A DNA stretch of 32,000 nucleotides, from NCBI GenBank assembly GCA_015978205.1, contig JADWMM010000001.1, forward strand, positions 143,465 through 175,464, given 5' to 3'. This document shows, one piece after another, positions 9,069 to 18,110 of this stretch. A model generated the notes under the pieces. That model was not told the DNA's origin and made no database searches. It was given only the letters and a program-made list of their open reading frames with translations. The first letter of the stretch is position 1. Each line of letters opens with the position of its first letter. Source of the DNA: Alkaliphilus sp. NP8 (GTDB lineage: Bacteria; Bacillota; Clostridia; Peptostreptococcales; Natronincolaceae). A program made the translations under genes and the position numbers.

Positions 9069-9839
9069 TTAATCATTTATATTAAATATTTTTTTAGCAT
9101 TTAATGTAGTTTGGTGTGCTAATTCTTCTAAAGTTATACCTTTAGCCTCTGCTATTTTTTGAGCAACTAATTTTACATAAGCCGACTCATTTCTTTTACC
9201 TCGGTAAGGTGTTGGAGTTAAATATGGGCTGTCTGTTTCTACTAAAAGATATTCTAAAGGAATTTCTTTAGCTACCTCATATGTTTTCTTAGCATTTTTA
9301 AATGTAACAGGACCTGCTATAGAAATATATATTCCCATTTTTATATATTCTTTTGCCATTTCTACACTACTTGCATAACAATGCATTACACAACCTGTAC
9401 TTCCTACATCATACTCCTTTAAAATATCAAAGGTTTCCTTATGAGCATCTCTATCATGGATTATTATAGGAAGGTTAACTTCTTTGGCTAATTCTATCTG
9501 CCTTTTAAACCATTTTCGTTGCTCATCTCTAGGAGAGTTATCATAATAATAATCTAAACCGATTTCTCCTATAGCAACTACTTTTTTATTTTCACTTAAT
9601 TTTTTAAGTTCTTGTATAGTTTCTTCATTAATATCCTTTACATCGTGAGGATGGACTCCTACAGCAGCGTATATTTTTTCATTTTGATTGGCTATATTAA
9701 CTGCTGCTATTGAAGTTTTAAGATCCGCTCCAGGGTTTAATATATATTCTATACCACTCTCTCTAGCTCTAGATATAACAAGATCCCTATCTTCATCAAA
9801 GCGTTCATCGTTAATATGAGCATGAGTATCAAAAAACAT
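9069..9839 (-). CDS. tatD: TatD-family metal-dependent hydrolase/DNase (YabD)
   Basis: 256 aa. Contains MFFDTHAHIND, AVGVHPHD, GEIGLDYYY, IIHDRDAH and VETDSPYL, the TatD metal-ligand motifs. It directly follows metG, as in Bacillus. Confidence 0.9.
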   Translation of the reverse strand: MFFDTHAHINDERFDEDRDLVISRARESGIEYILNPGADLKTSIAAVNIANQNEKIYAAVGVHPHDVKDINEETIQELKKLSENKKVVAIGEIGLDYYYDNSPRDEQRKWFKRQIELAKEVNLPIIIHDRDAHKETFDILKEYDVGSTGCVMHCYASSVEMAKEYIKMGIYISIAGPVTFKNAKKTYEVAKEIPLEYLLVETDSPYLTPTPYRGKRNESAYVKLVAQKIAEAKGITLEELAHQTTLNAKKIFNIND

Positions 9840-9851
9840 TAAAATTCCTCC

Positions 9852-11816
9852 TTAGCTAATGGAAGTACCACTTGCTATGTCTTTATCTATTGTACCTAAT
9901 ACAAGCTTTTCATCGTTAGCTGCAGCAAGTATCATTCCATTAGATTCTACGCCACGAAGCTTAACAGGCTTTAAATTAGCTACTAATATAAGTGATTTAC
10001 CTACTAATTCTTTTGGTTTATAATCTTTAGCGATACCTGATACTACCTGTCTTTTTTCATTTCCTACTTGTACTTGTAATACTAAAAGCTTATCTGCATT
10101 TGGGTGCTTTTCTGCTTCTATTACCTTTGCTACTCTTAGCTCTACTTTATCAAAATCATCTATAGTTATTTGTTCCTTTGGCTCTATAACCACCGTTTCT
10201 TCCTCCTCTACTTTGGTTCCACTTATTTTTTCAAAGTATTCTATATTAACTTTTTCAAGTTCTTCTACTTCTTTTTCTAAGTCTAATCTTGGGAATAAAG
10301 ATTCTCCTTTTTCTACCTTTGTACCTACTGGAATTAAATTAAATTTAAATGTGTCTTCCCAATTAGTTCCTTGACCTTTATCTATTCCTAACTGATTCCA
10401 TATTCTAAATGTAGTAGATTCCATAAATGGACCTATTAATACAGAAATAATTCTAATAGAATCTGCTAAGTTGTATAGTACTGTATTTAATCTTTCTTTA
10501 TTAGATTCATCCTTAGCAAGTACCCATGGTGTAGTTTCATCTATATACTTATTAGTTCGACGAACTAACTTCCATATTTGTTCCAATCCATCGTGGAATT
10601 GTAACTTATCTACTGCACTTTCTACCTTAGCAGCGGTACCTATAGCAATAGATTTTAGATCCTCATCAAATTCCCCAGCTTCTATAGGTTCTGGAATAAT
10701 TCCACCGTTGTATTTTTCTATCATTGATACTGTTCTACTTACAAGGTTACCTAAGTCGTTTGCAAGATCTGAATTTAAACGGCTAATAAAACTTCTATTT
10801 GTATAATTTCCATCTTGACCAAATGTAAATTCTCTTAAAAGGAAATATTTAATAGCATCTAATCCATAGCGCTCTATTAAAGGCTCTGGATAAACTATGT
10901 TTCCTTTTGATTTTGACATTTTATCTGAACCGAATAATATCCATCCATGACCATATACCATTTCTGGAAGTGGAAGGTCTAAAGCCATTAGCATAGCTGG
11001 CCAAATAATTGTATGGAATCTAACTATTTCTTTACCTACTAAATGAACATTTGCAGGCCAATATTTATTAAACTCTTCTTCATTTTCTGACCCGTATCCT
11101 AAAGCAGTTATATAGTTACTTACTGCATCAAACCAAACGTATATTACATGTTTAGGGTCAAAAGGTACTTTTATACCCCAGTCAAAACTAGTACGAGATA
11201 CACAAAGGTCTTCTAAGCCTGGCTTTAAAAAGTTATTTAACATTTCATTTTTTCTAGACTCTGGGTAGCAAATTTCTGGATGTTCCTCAAAATATTTAAT
11301 TAATCTATCTTGGTATTTTGATAGTTTGAAAAAGTATGCTTCTTCCTTTGCTAAATGAGCCTCACGGTTACAGTCTGGGCATTTATGTCCTTCTTTCAAT
11401 TGAGTTTCCGTCCAAAAGGATTCGCAAGGTGTACAATACCAACCTTCATATTCACTTTTATAAATATCGCCTTTATCATATAGCTTTTGGAATATTTTTT
11501 GTACTCTTTCTTCATGTTCTTTGTCTGTTGTACGTATAAATTTATCGTAAGATATATCCATACTCTTCCAAAGATCTTTTATTTCTCCTACTATGTTATC
11601 TAAATATTCCTGCGGAGTTACTCCCGCTTTTTTTGCTGTTTCTTGAATTTTTTCTCCGTGTTCATCTGTTCCTGTTAAAAATTTTACATCATAACCCATT
11701 AATCTTTTAAACCTAGCTAATACGTCTGCAGCTACTGTAGTATACGTATGTCCTATGTGAAGTCTACCACTTGGATAATATATTGGTGTTGTTAAATAAA
11801 ATTTTCCTTTACTCAT
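9852..11816 (-). CDS. metG: Methionine--tRNA ligase with C-terminal tRNA-binding (EMAP/Trbp111-like) domain
   Basis: Contains the HIGH motif (PSGRLHIGH), KMSKS (DKMSKSKGN), a CxxC...CxxC knuckle (CTPCESF...CPDCN) and a C-terminal [24 protein letters not shown]. Start set at [14 protein letters not shown] (ATG 11816..11814) with a TAGGAGGAT RBS. The upstream 25 codons in the track overlap the leader. Confidence 0.95.
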   Translation of the reverse strand: MSKGKFYLTTPIYYPSGRLHIGHTYTTVAADVLARFKRLMGYDVKFLTGTDEHGEKIQETAKKAGVTPQEYLDNIVGEIKDLWKSMDISYDKFIRTTDKEHEERVQKIFQKLYDKGDIYKSEYEGWYCTPCESFWTETQLKEGHKCPDCNREAHLAKEEAYFFKLSKYQDRLIKYFEEHPEICYPESRKNEMLNNFLKPGLEDLCVSRTSFDWGIKVPFDPKHVIYVWFDAVSNYITALGYGSENEEEFNKYWPANVHLVGKEIVRFHTIIWPAMLMALDLPLPEMVYGHGWILFGSDKMSKSKGNIVYPEPLIERYGLDAIKYFLLREFTFGQDGNYTNRSFISRLNSDLANDLGNLVSRTVSMIEKYNGGIIPEPIEAGEFDEDLKSIAIGTAAKVESAVDKLQFHDGLEQIWKLVRRTNKYIDETTPWVLAKDESNKERLNTVLYNLADSIRIISVLIGPFMESTTFRIWNQLGIDKGQGTNWEDTFKFNLIPVGTKVEKGESLFPRLDLEKEVEELEKVNIEYFEKISGTKVEEEETVVIEPKEQITIDDFDKVELRVAKVIEAEKHPNADKLLVLQVQVGNEKRQVVSGIAKDYKPKELVGKSLILVANLKPVKLRGVESNGMILAAANDEKLVLGTIDKDIASGTSIS

Positions 11817-11924
11817 TTTTATCCTCCTACCTTCTATTAATATATTTTTAAAATATAGTAATAAAACTAAGTATATTACGCAGTTTCGCAACTCAAATTC
11901 ATTTGCTTCCTTCGGTCACATAAA

Positions 11925-12195
11925 TAAATCCCCGTCCTTATATTTATGTTAAAATATAGGGACGAGGATGTGCTCGCGTTACCACCCTAGTTTATTACTG
12001 CCTTGCGACAATAAACTTAGTAAGTAATGTTATACTTTGTACTTTTAACGGGTACAAATCCGTCATACTCTAAAAGCTCATAGCTTCTCAAATATGAAGT
12101 TCGGGGGCCATGTTCAGTTAACTCCTTAGTACCGGCTTTCACCTTTTCCGGCTCTCTGTTACTAATTCTGTAAACCTACTCTTCCCTTCATTACT
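11925..12195 (-). promoter_or_regulatory. T-box riboswitch leader (Met specifier) controlling metG
   Basis: On the minus strand I read an AGAGAG bulge (12157..12152) and a GGTGAAAG distal-loop motif. A candidate specifier ...GAAC-AUG-G sits at 12111..12109. The T-box sequence CTAGGGTGGTAACGCG sits at 11990..11975. A terminator, CCUCGUCCCUAUA...UAUAAGGACGGGG (11967..11930), is followed by AUUUAUUU. Confidence 0.85.
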
Positions 12196-12406
12196 TTTGA
12201 TATATTATTTAGAATTATTACATTAATAGTATTATACATTAATATATTAAATTATACACATAATGTCAACTAGCTTAATGATTAAAATATAATAAATTTA
12301 TTCTTATATTATATTGACAGAAATGAATTTTTACTATGAAATAGTAATAGATACATATATCATAAAATAAGTTGAAAATCAAATTCATATCATAAGGGTG
12401 AAAAGA

Positions 12407-13372
12407 ATGAAATCTTCATATTTAAATCGCTATAACATTGTACAAACATTTAAAGATAATGAATTCCAGAAAATTTTTATAGGCACAGATAATAAAAACA
12501 ATGATTCTGTAGTAATAAATACTTTTTATACAGATGAGGGTTCTTCTTTTTGGGACTCTATAAAAGAAAATTACAATAGTTTTTTTAATAATATTATAGA
12601 TTTTGAAAAATTTGAAAATAAAATAGTTATAGTTACAAAAATAAATGAAGGAATAACCCTAAACCTATATTTAAATGACTTTATTCCTTCATTTACAGAA
12701 AGAATAACTCTAATTCATCAATACTTGAAAAGTATTAAAAAATATGAATTCCTTCCAAATAATATTAAATCAGTATTGGTAGACGAATCTCAAATTGTTA
12801 TAAATGAAAGTATTTTGTCTTTAGATGAACTAATTATTTTTAATCAAGATTCTTTTAATATAGAAAAATTTGATCCTGTTATGGACAATATTATTTCTAT
12901 ATTAAAGAAATTAACAAGTATTAAAGATATCAATTATGAAGATTTACCTATGTATGTTAAAGTTATGGAGTTTATAGATAAACTTCAAAAAAATAAAAGT
13001 CATTATACTAGTCTCGAAGGATTATTCACTGAATTTGAAGCTCTTAATATTAAAAGCTATGCAATAACCAATAATATAGATAAGATACAGCCCGATCCTA
13101 CAAATCTAGTTGGAAGAAAAGTAGGATCTATAAATGAATTAGATCTTATTGAACCTAAAATAAATAAAAAATCTATTTCCAAAATAGCTTTAAGTACTAC
13201 TGGAGTAATAGCAATATCAATTGCAGGAGTCTTTGCTTTTAAAACTATTTTTCCAATGGATCAAAACCCTTCATTAGGTTCTAACCTTGCCTCTAATGAT
13301 ACAGTAAATTTGGAGTTAGATATAGATAAAGAAACTGAAGATACTGTTGATTATAAAAATAAAGAAAATTAA
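12407..13372 (+). CDS. Membrane protein with degenerate protein-kinase-like N-terminal domain and one TM helix; ends at TAA 13370..13372
   Basis: ATG 12407 has AAGGG(TG) about 8 nt upstream; the track uses the GTG at 12398. The N-terminus, YLNRYNIVQTFKDNEFQKIFIGTDNKNNDSVVINTFY...IVIVTKINEGITLNLYL, follows the Hanks-kinase N-lobe/hinge layout. It lacks the GxGxxG loop, the VAIK lysine, HRD and DFG. The TM segment is ISKIALSTTGVIAISIAGVFAFKTIF. Confidence 0.6.
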   Translation: MKSSYLNRYNIVQTFKDNEFQKIFIGTDNKNNDSVVINTFYTDEGSSFWDSIKENYNSFFNNIIDFEKFENKIVIVTKINEGITLNLYLNDFIPSFTERITLIHQYLKSIKKYEFLPNNIKSVLVDESQIVINESILSLDELIIFNQDSFNIEKFDPVMDNIISILKKLTSIKDINYEDLPMYVKVMEFIDKLQKNKSHYTSLEGLFTEFEALNIKSYAITNNIDKIQPDPTNLVGRKVGSINELDLIEPKINKKSISKIALSTTGVIAISIAGVFAFKTIFPMDQNPSLGSNLASNDTVNLELDIDKETEDTVDYKNKEN

Positions 13373-13783
13373 AACAGTAATAATAAACCTGTAACTCCTA
13401 ACGATGATATATTCTACTTAAGTGAATATATTGAACAGGATTTTAATACTTCTAAGTATGCTGACTATTCATTGAAGTTTTCGGATAAACATAGTAATTC
13501 TCATAAAATATCCATTAATAAGGGTTCTATTAAATCAAATTCTGAAATTTTAATGTGGATAAAGTCTGATATGACTAATGAAATTTCAATAAATGTAAAA
13601 GGGTATTCTAAAGATAATTTAGTATTTCAAAAACCTATAAATCATACACCATTTAAAAGAAATACTTGGGAATTAATACAGCTTAATATTGATAAACCTG
13701 TTGAAGGTAATATAGATATTATTTTTGATAATATAAGAAGTACTGTATGGGTAGATAAAATTAGAATTGATCTTTTAAAATAA
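13373..13783 (+). pseudogene. In-frame continuation of the preceding gene (beta-sandwich/CBM-like extracellular domain), cut off by one TAA; no credible independent start
   Basis: It is in the same frame as 12407..13372 and open from 13373 to the stop at 13781..13783. It translates NSNNKPVTPNDDIFYLSEYIEQDFNTSKYADYSLKFSDKHSNSHKISINKGS...WVDKIRIDLLK. The track start (TTG 13472) has no Shine-Dalgarno in the preceding 15 nt. Confidence 0.5.
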
Positions 13784-13810
13784 CAAGAGTTTATTTTTAA
13801 ACTCTTGTTA
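13781..13810. terminator. Bidirectional terminator between convergent genes
   Basis: TAACAAGAGTTTA-TTTT-TAAACTCTTGTTA followed by TTTT. Confidence 0.6.
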
Positions 13811-13828
13811 TTTTATTTAAGTACATAA

Positions 13829-14365
13829 TTATACTCCAAAGAAATATGTACAAATTATAACTGCTGCTACTACTGATGCTAAGTGTGAAACTAATGCGGC
13901 AACTACTGTATGTCGAGATTTTCTGATTCCTACTGCTCCAAAATAAACTGCCATAGTATAAAAAATAGTTTCTGCAGATCCCATCATAGTTGAAGCTAAT
14001 CTCCCAATAAAACTGTCTGGCCCATATGTATTTAGAATATCACTTAAAACAGCTAAAGTACCGCTACCAGAAATAGGCCTCATTATTGCTAGAGGCAATA
14101 TTTCTGCTGGTATTCCAATAAAAGTCATAACTGGTTTTACAAAATTTATTAAATAATCTATAACACCAGATTTTCGCATAAGACCTATACCTATGTATAT
14201 TGCTATTAAATACGGCATAATTGATATGGCAGTTTTAAAACCTTCTTTTGCACCTTCTACAAAAGCATCATACATATTTATTCTTTTAATCCAACCATGT
14301 AATAATATAATACTCATCATTGTAGGAATAGCTACTATTGACATATAGCTAAGTATATTAATCAT
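13829..14365 (-). CDS. spmB: Spore maturation protein B
   Basis: About 178 aa membrane protein (MINILSYMSIVAIPTMM...). It forms an ATGA start/stop overlap with spmA (ATG 14365..14363, TGA 14364..14362) and has a GGAGGGA RBS. Pairing with spmA is typical. Confidence 0.85.
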   Translation of the reverse strand: MINILSYMSIVAIPTMMSIILLHGWIKRINMYDAFVEGAKEGFKTAISIMPYLIAIYIGIGLMRKSGVIDYLINFVKPVMTFIGIPAEILPLAIMRPISGSGTLAVLSDILNTYGPDSFIGRLASTMMGSAETIFYTMAVYFGAVGIRKSRHTVVAALVSHLASVVAAVIICTYFFGV

Positions 14366-14934
14366 CTTTTTCCCTCCATTATTTTGCATGCTAAAATTCC
14401 AACAATAGTTGATACTGATGTAGCTAATATTGATGTTATTATAATCTCCGAAGGATTATTCGACCCTGCATCTGCCCTTAGCTTTAGCACAGTAAGAGGA
14501 ATTAATTGTATAGAGGACATATTAATTACAAGAAACATTGCCATTGCATTAGTTACAACTCTTTTATTATTATTTAATTTTTGAAGTTCTTCCATAGCTT
14601 TTATTCCTAAGGCTGTAGCAGAGTTTCCAGCTCCAAACATATTTGCTACCATATTCATCATCATTGCACCTATAGCAGGATGATTAGATGGAACATTAGG
14701 AAATAAAAATCTTGTTATAGGCTTCATAGATTTGGCAAAAGAATTAATAAGTCCAGACTTTTTAGCTATATTCATAAGTCCAAGCCAAAAAGACATAATA
14801 CCAGTAAGTCCTATTGCAAACACTACAGCTTCACTGGTATCGTTAATAACCACTTCATTTATTACCTCCGGTTTTCCAGTAAGTATGGCTCCTACTATTC
14901 CTGTAAAAATCATAAGTACCCATATAACATTCAT
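14362..14934 (-). CDS. spmA: Spore maturation protein A (nucleoside-recognition/Gate-domain membrane protein)
   Basis: 190 aa. MNVIWVLMIFTGIVGAILTGK...NMVANMFGAGNSATALGIKAMEEL is typical of SpmA. RBS is TAGGAGGAA. Confidence 0.85.
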   Translation of the reverse strand: MNVIWVLMIFTGIVGAILTGKPEVINEVVINDTSEAVVFAIGLTGIMSFWLGLMNIAKKSGLINSFAKSMKPITRFLFPNVPSNHPAIGAMMMNMVANMFGAGNSATALGIKAMEELQKLNNNKRVVTNAMAMFLVINMSSIQLIPLTVLKLRADAGSNNPSEIIITSILATSVSTIVGILACKIMEGKR

Positions 14935-15187
14935 ATAAAATTCCTCCTATAAGTAAAAACTAATACTAAATATTAGTATAAATATAAATTTTAAATATAG
15001 TTCATTATATATGTATATGAAATAATACTCTTCCTATATGTGAAAATTTGCTGTATAAAATAAACCTGAAAATATATATTAAATAATAACATGTATAAAC
15101 TATACATTTTTATGAAATTTAAGATATTGCACTTGTTTTACATCATTTTTCTTCATTTTTCTACATTTTACTATACAATTAGCGCTG

Positions 15188-15217
15188 TTGATTATTGTCA
15201 TAAAAATCTGATATAAT
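15188..15217 (+). promoter_or_regulatory. Possible SigA promoter for pncB
   Basis: TTGATT - 18 nt - TATAAT, about 47 nt upstream of the ATG. Confidence 0.35.
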
Positions 15218-15264
15218 TATTTTTAATTAAATGACATAAATAATAACCAAAGGAAGGTATAAAA

Positions 15265-16704
15265 ATGAGAAACTTAACTTTGCTGACAGATCTTTATCAA
15301 ATTACTATGATAAACGGATATTTAAAAAATGGAGTTGATAAAAATACTGTCGTTTTTGACATGTTCTTTAGAAAAAATCCTTGCAAGAATAGTTATACTA
15401 TAATAGCAGGTATAGAACAGGTCATTGATTATATTGAAAACCTTCATTTTAGTGATGAGGATTTAGAGTACCTCAAGAGTTTAAATTTATTCGACGATGA
15501 ATTTATAAATTATCTTAGAGATTTTAAATTTACAGGAACTATTTATAGTGTAGAAGAAGGCTCAGTTATGTTTCCTTACGAGCCTGTTTTGAGAGTAAAA
15601 GCTCCAGTTGTTCAGGCTCAATTAATTGAAACCGCTTTACTCAATATGATAAATTTTCAATCTTTAATAGCTACTAAAGCTTCCCGTATTTGTTCTGCAG
15701 CAGAAGGTGACGCTGTTTTTGAATTTGGTTTAAGACGGGCTCAAGGTCCTGACGCAAGTATATATGGAGCTAGAGCAGCTATTATAGGTGGATGTGTCGG
15801 AACTTCTAATGTACTTGCAGGCAAAAAGTTCAATGTTCCAGTTATTGGAACCCATGCTCATAGTTGGATTCAAACTTTCGATACAGAGCTTGACGCATTT
15901 CGTGCTTATGCTAAAGTTTATCCTGATAGTACACTTCTTTTAGTAGACACCTATGATGTAATAAAAAGTGGCGTACCTAATGCTATTACTGTATTTAAAG
16001 AATTAAAAGAAAAAGGCTATAAGCCACAAGGTATTAGAATAGATTCTGGAGATATAGCTTATTTATCTAAAAAAGCTCGTGAAATGTTAGATGCAGCTGG
16101 ATTTAAAGATACTATTATAGTAGCTTCTAGTGATTTAGACGAAGAAGTTATTAATAATTTAAAGCTACAAGGTGCTGCTGTAGATTCTTGGGGTGTAGGA
16201 ACTAAACTTATAACTTCTAAAGGTTGTCCTGCACTTGGTGGAGTATATAAACTTTCTGCAGTAGAAGAAAATGGGGAGCTTATTCCTAAAATAAAGATTT
16301 CTGAAAATCCTAATAAAATTACTAATCCTGGATATAAGAAAGTAGTTCGTATTTATGATAAGGATGGAAATAAGGCTAGAGCAGATTTGATAATGCTACA
16401 TGATGAAAAAATTAATACCAATAAGCCTTTAACTATTTTTGATCCTATATACACATGGAAAAAAACTACTTTTAAAAACTATAGTATTCGTGAAATGCTT
16501 TCTCCACTATATGAAAATGGAAAGCTAGTACGTGAAAGAAAAACTGTAGAAGAAATACGAAAATATACTCAAAATGAATTAAACTCTCTATGGCCTGAAC
16601 ATAAGAGGTTAAAAAGACCACAGCTTTATAAAGTGGATTTGTCGAAAAAACTATGGAACTTAAAACATAGAATGATGAATGAAGTTAATAAAAATAAACT
16701 TTAA
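15265..16704 (+). CDS. pncB: Nicotinate phosphoribosyltransferase
   Basis: 479 aa. Contains LLTDLYQITM, FEFGLRRAQGPDA, GTHAHSWIQ, IRIDSGD and WGVGTKLIT, the canonical NAPRTase motifs. Confidence 0.9.
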   Translation: MRNLTLLTDLYQITMINGYLKNGVDKNTVVFDMFFRKNPCKNSYTIIAGIEQVIDYIENLHFSDEDLEYLKSLNLFDDEFINYLRDFKFTGTIYSVEEGSVMFPYEPVLRVKAPVVQAQLIETALLNMINFQSLIATKASRICSAAEGDAVFEFGLRRAQGPDASIYGARAAIIGGCVGTSNVLAGKKFNVPVIGTHAHSWIQTFDTELDAFRAYAKVYPDSTLLLVDTYDVIKSGVPNAITVFKELKEKGYKPQGIRIDSGDIAYLSKKAREMLDAAGFKDTIIVASSDLDEEVINNLKLQGAAVDSWGVGTKLITSKGCPALGGVYKLSAVEENGELIPKIKISENPNKITNPGYKKVVRIYDKDGNKARADLIMLHDEKINTNKPLTIFDPIYTWKKTTFKNYSIREMLSPLYENGKLVRERKTVEEIRKYTQNELNSLWPEHKRLKRPQLYKVDLSKKLWNLKHRMMNEVNKNKL

Positions 16705-16739
16705 CTATAAGTAGCTCTATATAACTAATATACACATCT

Positions 16740-16777
16740 ACCTTTGAATATATATACAGTATTCAAAGGTTTTTTAT
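16740..16777 (+). terminator. Terminator after pncB
   Basis: ACCTTTGAATA-TATATACAG-TATTCAAAGGT followed by TTTTTATTT. Confidence 0.65.
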
Positions 16778-16796
16778 TTATTAATAATATTTTTTA

Positions 16797-16825
16797 TTGA
16801 CTAATAATGGAATATTTGGTACTAT
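16797..16825 (+). promoter_or_regulatory. SigA-type promoter for abrB
   Basis: TTGACT (16797..16802) - 17 nt - TACTAT (16820..16825). Confidence 0.5.
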
Positions 16826-16837
16826 TTAAAGAGGACA

Positions 16838-16844
16838 TGTCGAA
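16838..16844 (+). promoter_or_regulatory. Perfect Spo0A box (TGTCGAA) just downstream of the abrB -10 element
   Basis: It is an exact match to the 0A-box consensus TGNCGAA. Its position relative to the promoter parallels the 0A boxes that repress B. subtilis abrB. Confidence 0.45.
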
Positions 16845-16926
16845 TTTTGTAATATCATCGTTAAAAAATACATTTTTATTGTATTTAAATAATTATATTC
16901 TATATTAACAAAAAGGAGGATTTCAT

Positions 16927-17166
16927 TTGAAATCAACAGGTATCGTAAGAAAAGTAGATGAATTAGGTCGTGTGGTTTTACCGATAGAGCTTAGACGTAC
17001 ATTGAGCATTGCAGAAAAAGATGCATTAGAAATTTATGTAGACTCTGAACATATTATTTTAAAGAAATATGAACCAGCTTGTATATTCTGTGGTAATGCA
17101 AAAGATGTTACAACGCATAAAAATAAAAATATTTGCTCTGAATGTTTAGAAGAGCTAAGAAAATAG
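16927..17166 (+). CDS. abrB: Transition-state regulator AbrB (SpoVT/AbrB swapped-hairpin DNA-binding domain) with a CxxC-N14-CxxC C-terminus
   Basis: TTG start with an AAAGGAGGA RBS. MKSTGIVRKVDELGRVVLPIELRRTLSIAEKDALEIYVD is nearly identical to the B. subtilis AbrB N-domain as I recall it. The C-terminus is CIFCGNAKDVTTHKNKNICSEC. Confidence 0.9.
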   Translation: MKSTGIVRKVDELGRVVLPIELRRTLSIAEKDALEIYVDSEHIILKKYEPACIFCGNAKDVTTHKNKNICSECLEELRK

Positions 17167-17209
17167 TCTTCATTATGTAAGATACTCCTTTTGTAGATTA
17201 CATTTATAA

Positions 17210-17235
17210 AAGAGCCCTTATGGGCTCTTATTTTT
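17210..17235. terminator. Bidirectional terminator between abrB and rsmI
   Basis: AAGAGCCC-TTAT-GGGCTCTT followed by ATTTTTG; preceded by AAA on the other side. Confidence 0.65.
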
Positions 17236-17264
17236 GTTATGTTATATATTAACTGTAATTTTTA

Positions 17265-18110
17265 TCAAATATCTACAGATTCTTTATATACTTCACGCTT
17301 TGGAATATTTCTAAGCTTTGCAACTTCTTTAATAGCTGATTTTTTATCTACACCAGTCTTCATTATTAAAATTAAATGTTCTTTTATAGTCATCTCTTCT
17401 AATTTTTCTTGCTCTCTAAGAGCTTCTTCTTCTAAATCAACTCCTTCACATAAAAGTACCATTTCACCTTTAGGCTGGTTGTTCTTAAAATGATCTATAA
17501 GCTCTGTTATATCTCCTCGTATAAATTCTTCGTATTTTTTTGTAAGCTCTCTTCCTATTACTGCCCTGCGATTACCAAGTGTATTAAGTATATCTTTAAG
17601 TGTTGCTGATATTCTATGGGGTGCTTCATAAAAAATTAATGTTCTATCTTCCTTTTTTATAAGCTCTAATCTTTCTTTACGCTTTTTCTTATCCCTATCT
17701 AAAAAACCTTCAAATGTAAATTTAGTCGTATCTAAACCTGAGGCTACTAAAGCTATAATAGAAGCATTAGCTCCTGGTAAAACTTCAAAATGAATGTTTT
17801 GTTCTATACACAGCTTTATTATATCTGCTCCTGGGTCTGATATGCCTGGCATTCCTGCATCAGAAACTAAAGCAATATTTTCTCCATTTAAAAGCTTCTG
17901 AATTAATACTTCTCCTTTTTCTTTTCTGTTATGTTCATGATAACTAGTTAAAGGTTTTTGAATTTCAAAATGATTCAAAAGCTTTAACGTATGTCTCGTA
18001 TCTTCAGCGGCAATTATATCTACACTTTTTAATATATTTAACACTCTTATAGTTATATCCTCTAAGTTACCTATAGGTGTAGGACAAATATATAAAGTTC
18101 CTTTATCCAT
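17265..18110 (-). CDS. rsmI: 16S rRNA (cytidine1402-2'-O)-methyltransferase RsmI (YabC)
   Basis: 281 aa. Contains GTLYICPTPIGNLEDIT, IAAEDTRHT, SDAGMPGISDPG and FYEAPHR, hallmark RsmI/tetrapyrrole-methylase-fold motifs. Confidence 0.9.
   Translation of the reverse strand: MDKGTLYICPTPIGNLEDITIRVLNILKSVDIIAAEDTRHTLKLLNHFEIQKPLTSYHEHNRKEKGEVLIQKLLNGENIALVSDAGMPGISDPGADIIKLCIEQNIHFEVLPGANASIIALVASGLDTTKFTFEGFLDRDKKKRKERLELIKKEDRTLIFYEAPHRISATLKDILNTLGNRRAVIGRELTKKYEEFIRGDITELIDHFKNNQPKGEMVLLCEGVDLEEEALREQEKLEEMTIKEHLILIMKTGVDKKSAIKEVAKLRNIPKREVYKESVDI

Noticed and set aside
10471-11891. Plus-strand ORFs 10471..10806 and 11336..11539, and the 25-codon N-terminal extension of metG
   Set aside because: The ORFs are antisense to metG. 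The extension (MRNCVIYLV...) runs through the leader region, and the canonical MetRS N-terminus starts at ATG 11816 with its own RBS.
13472-13783. Treating ORF 13472..13783 as an independent 103-aa gene
   Set aside because: It has a TTG start with no Shine-Dalgarno. The frame is open for a further 33 codons upstream and is continuous with the preceding gene except for one TAA. I report it instead as a split gene or pseudogene.
14384-14938. Plus-strand ORFs 14384..14584 and 14732..14938
   Set aside because: They are antisense shadows within spmA.
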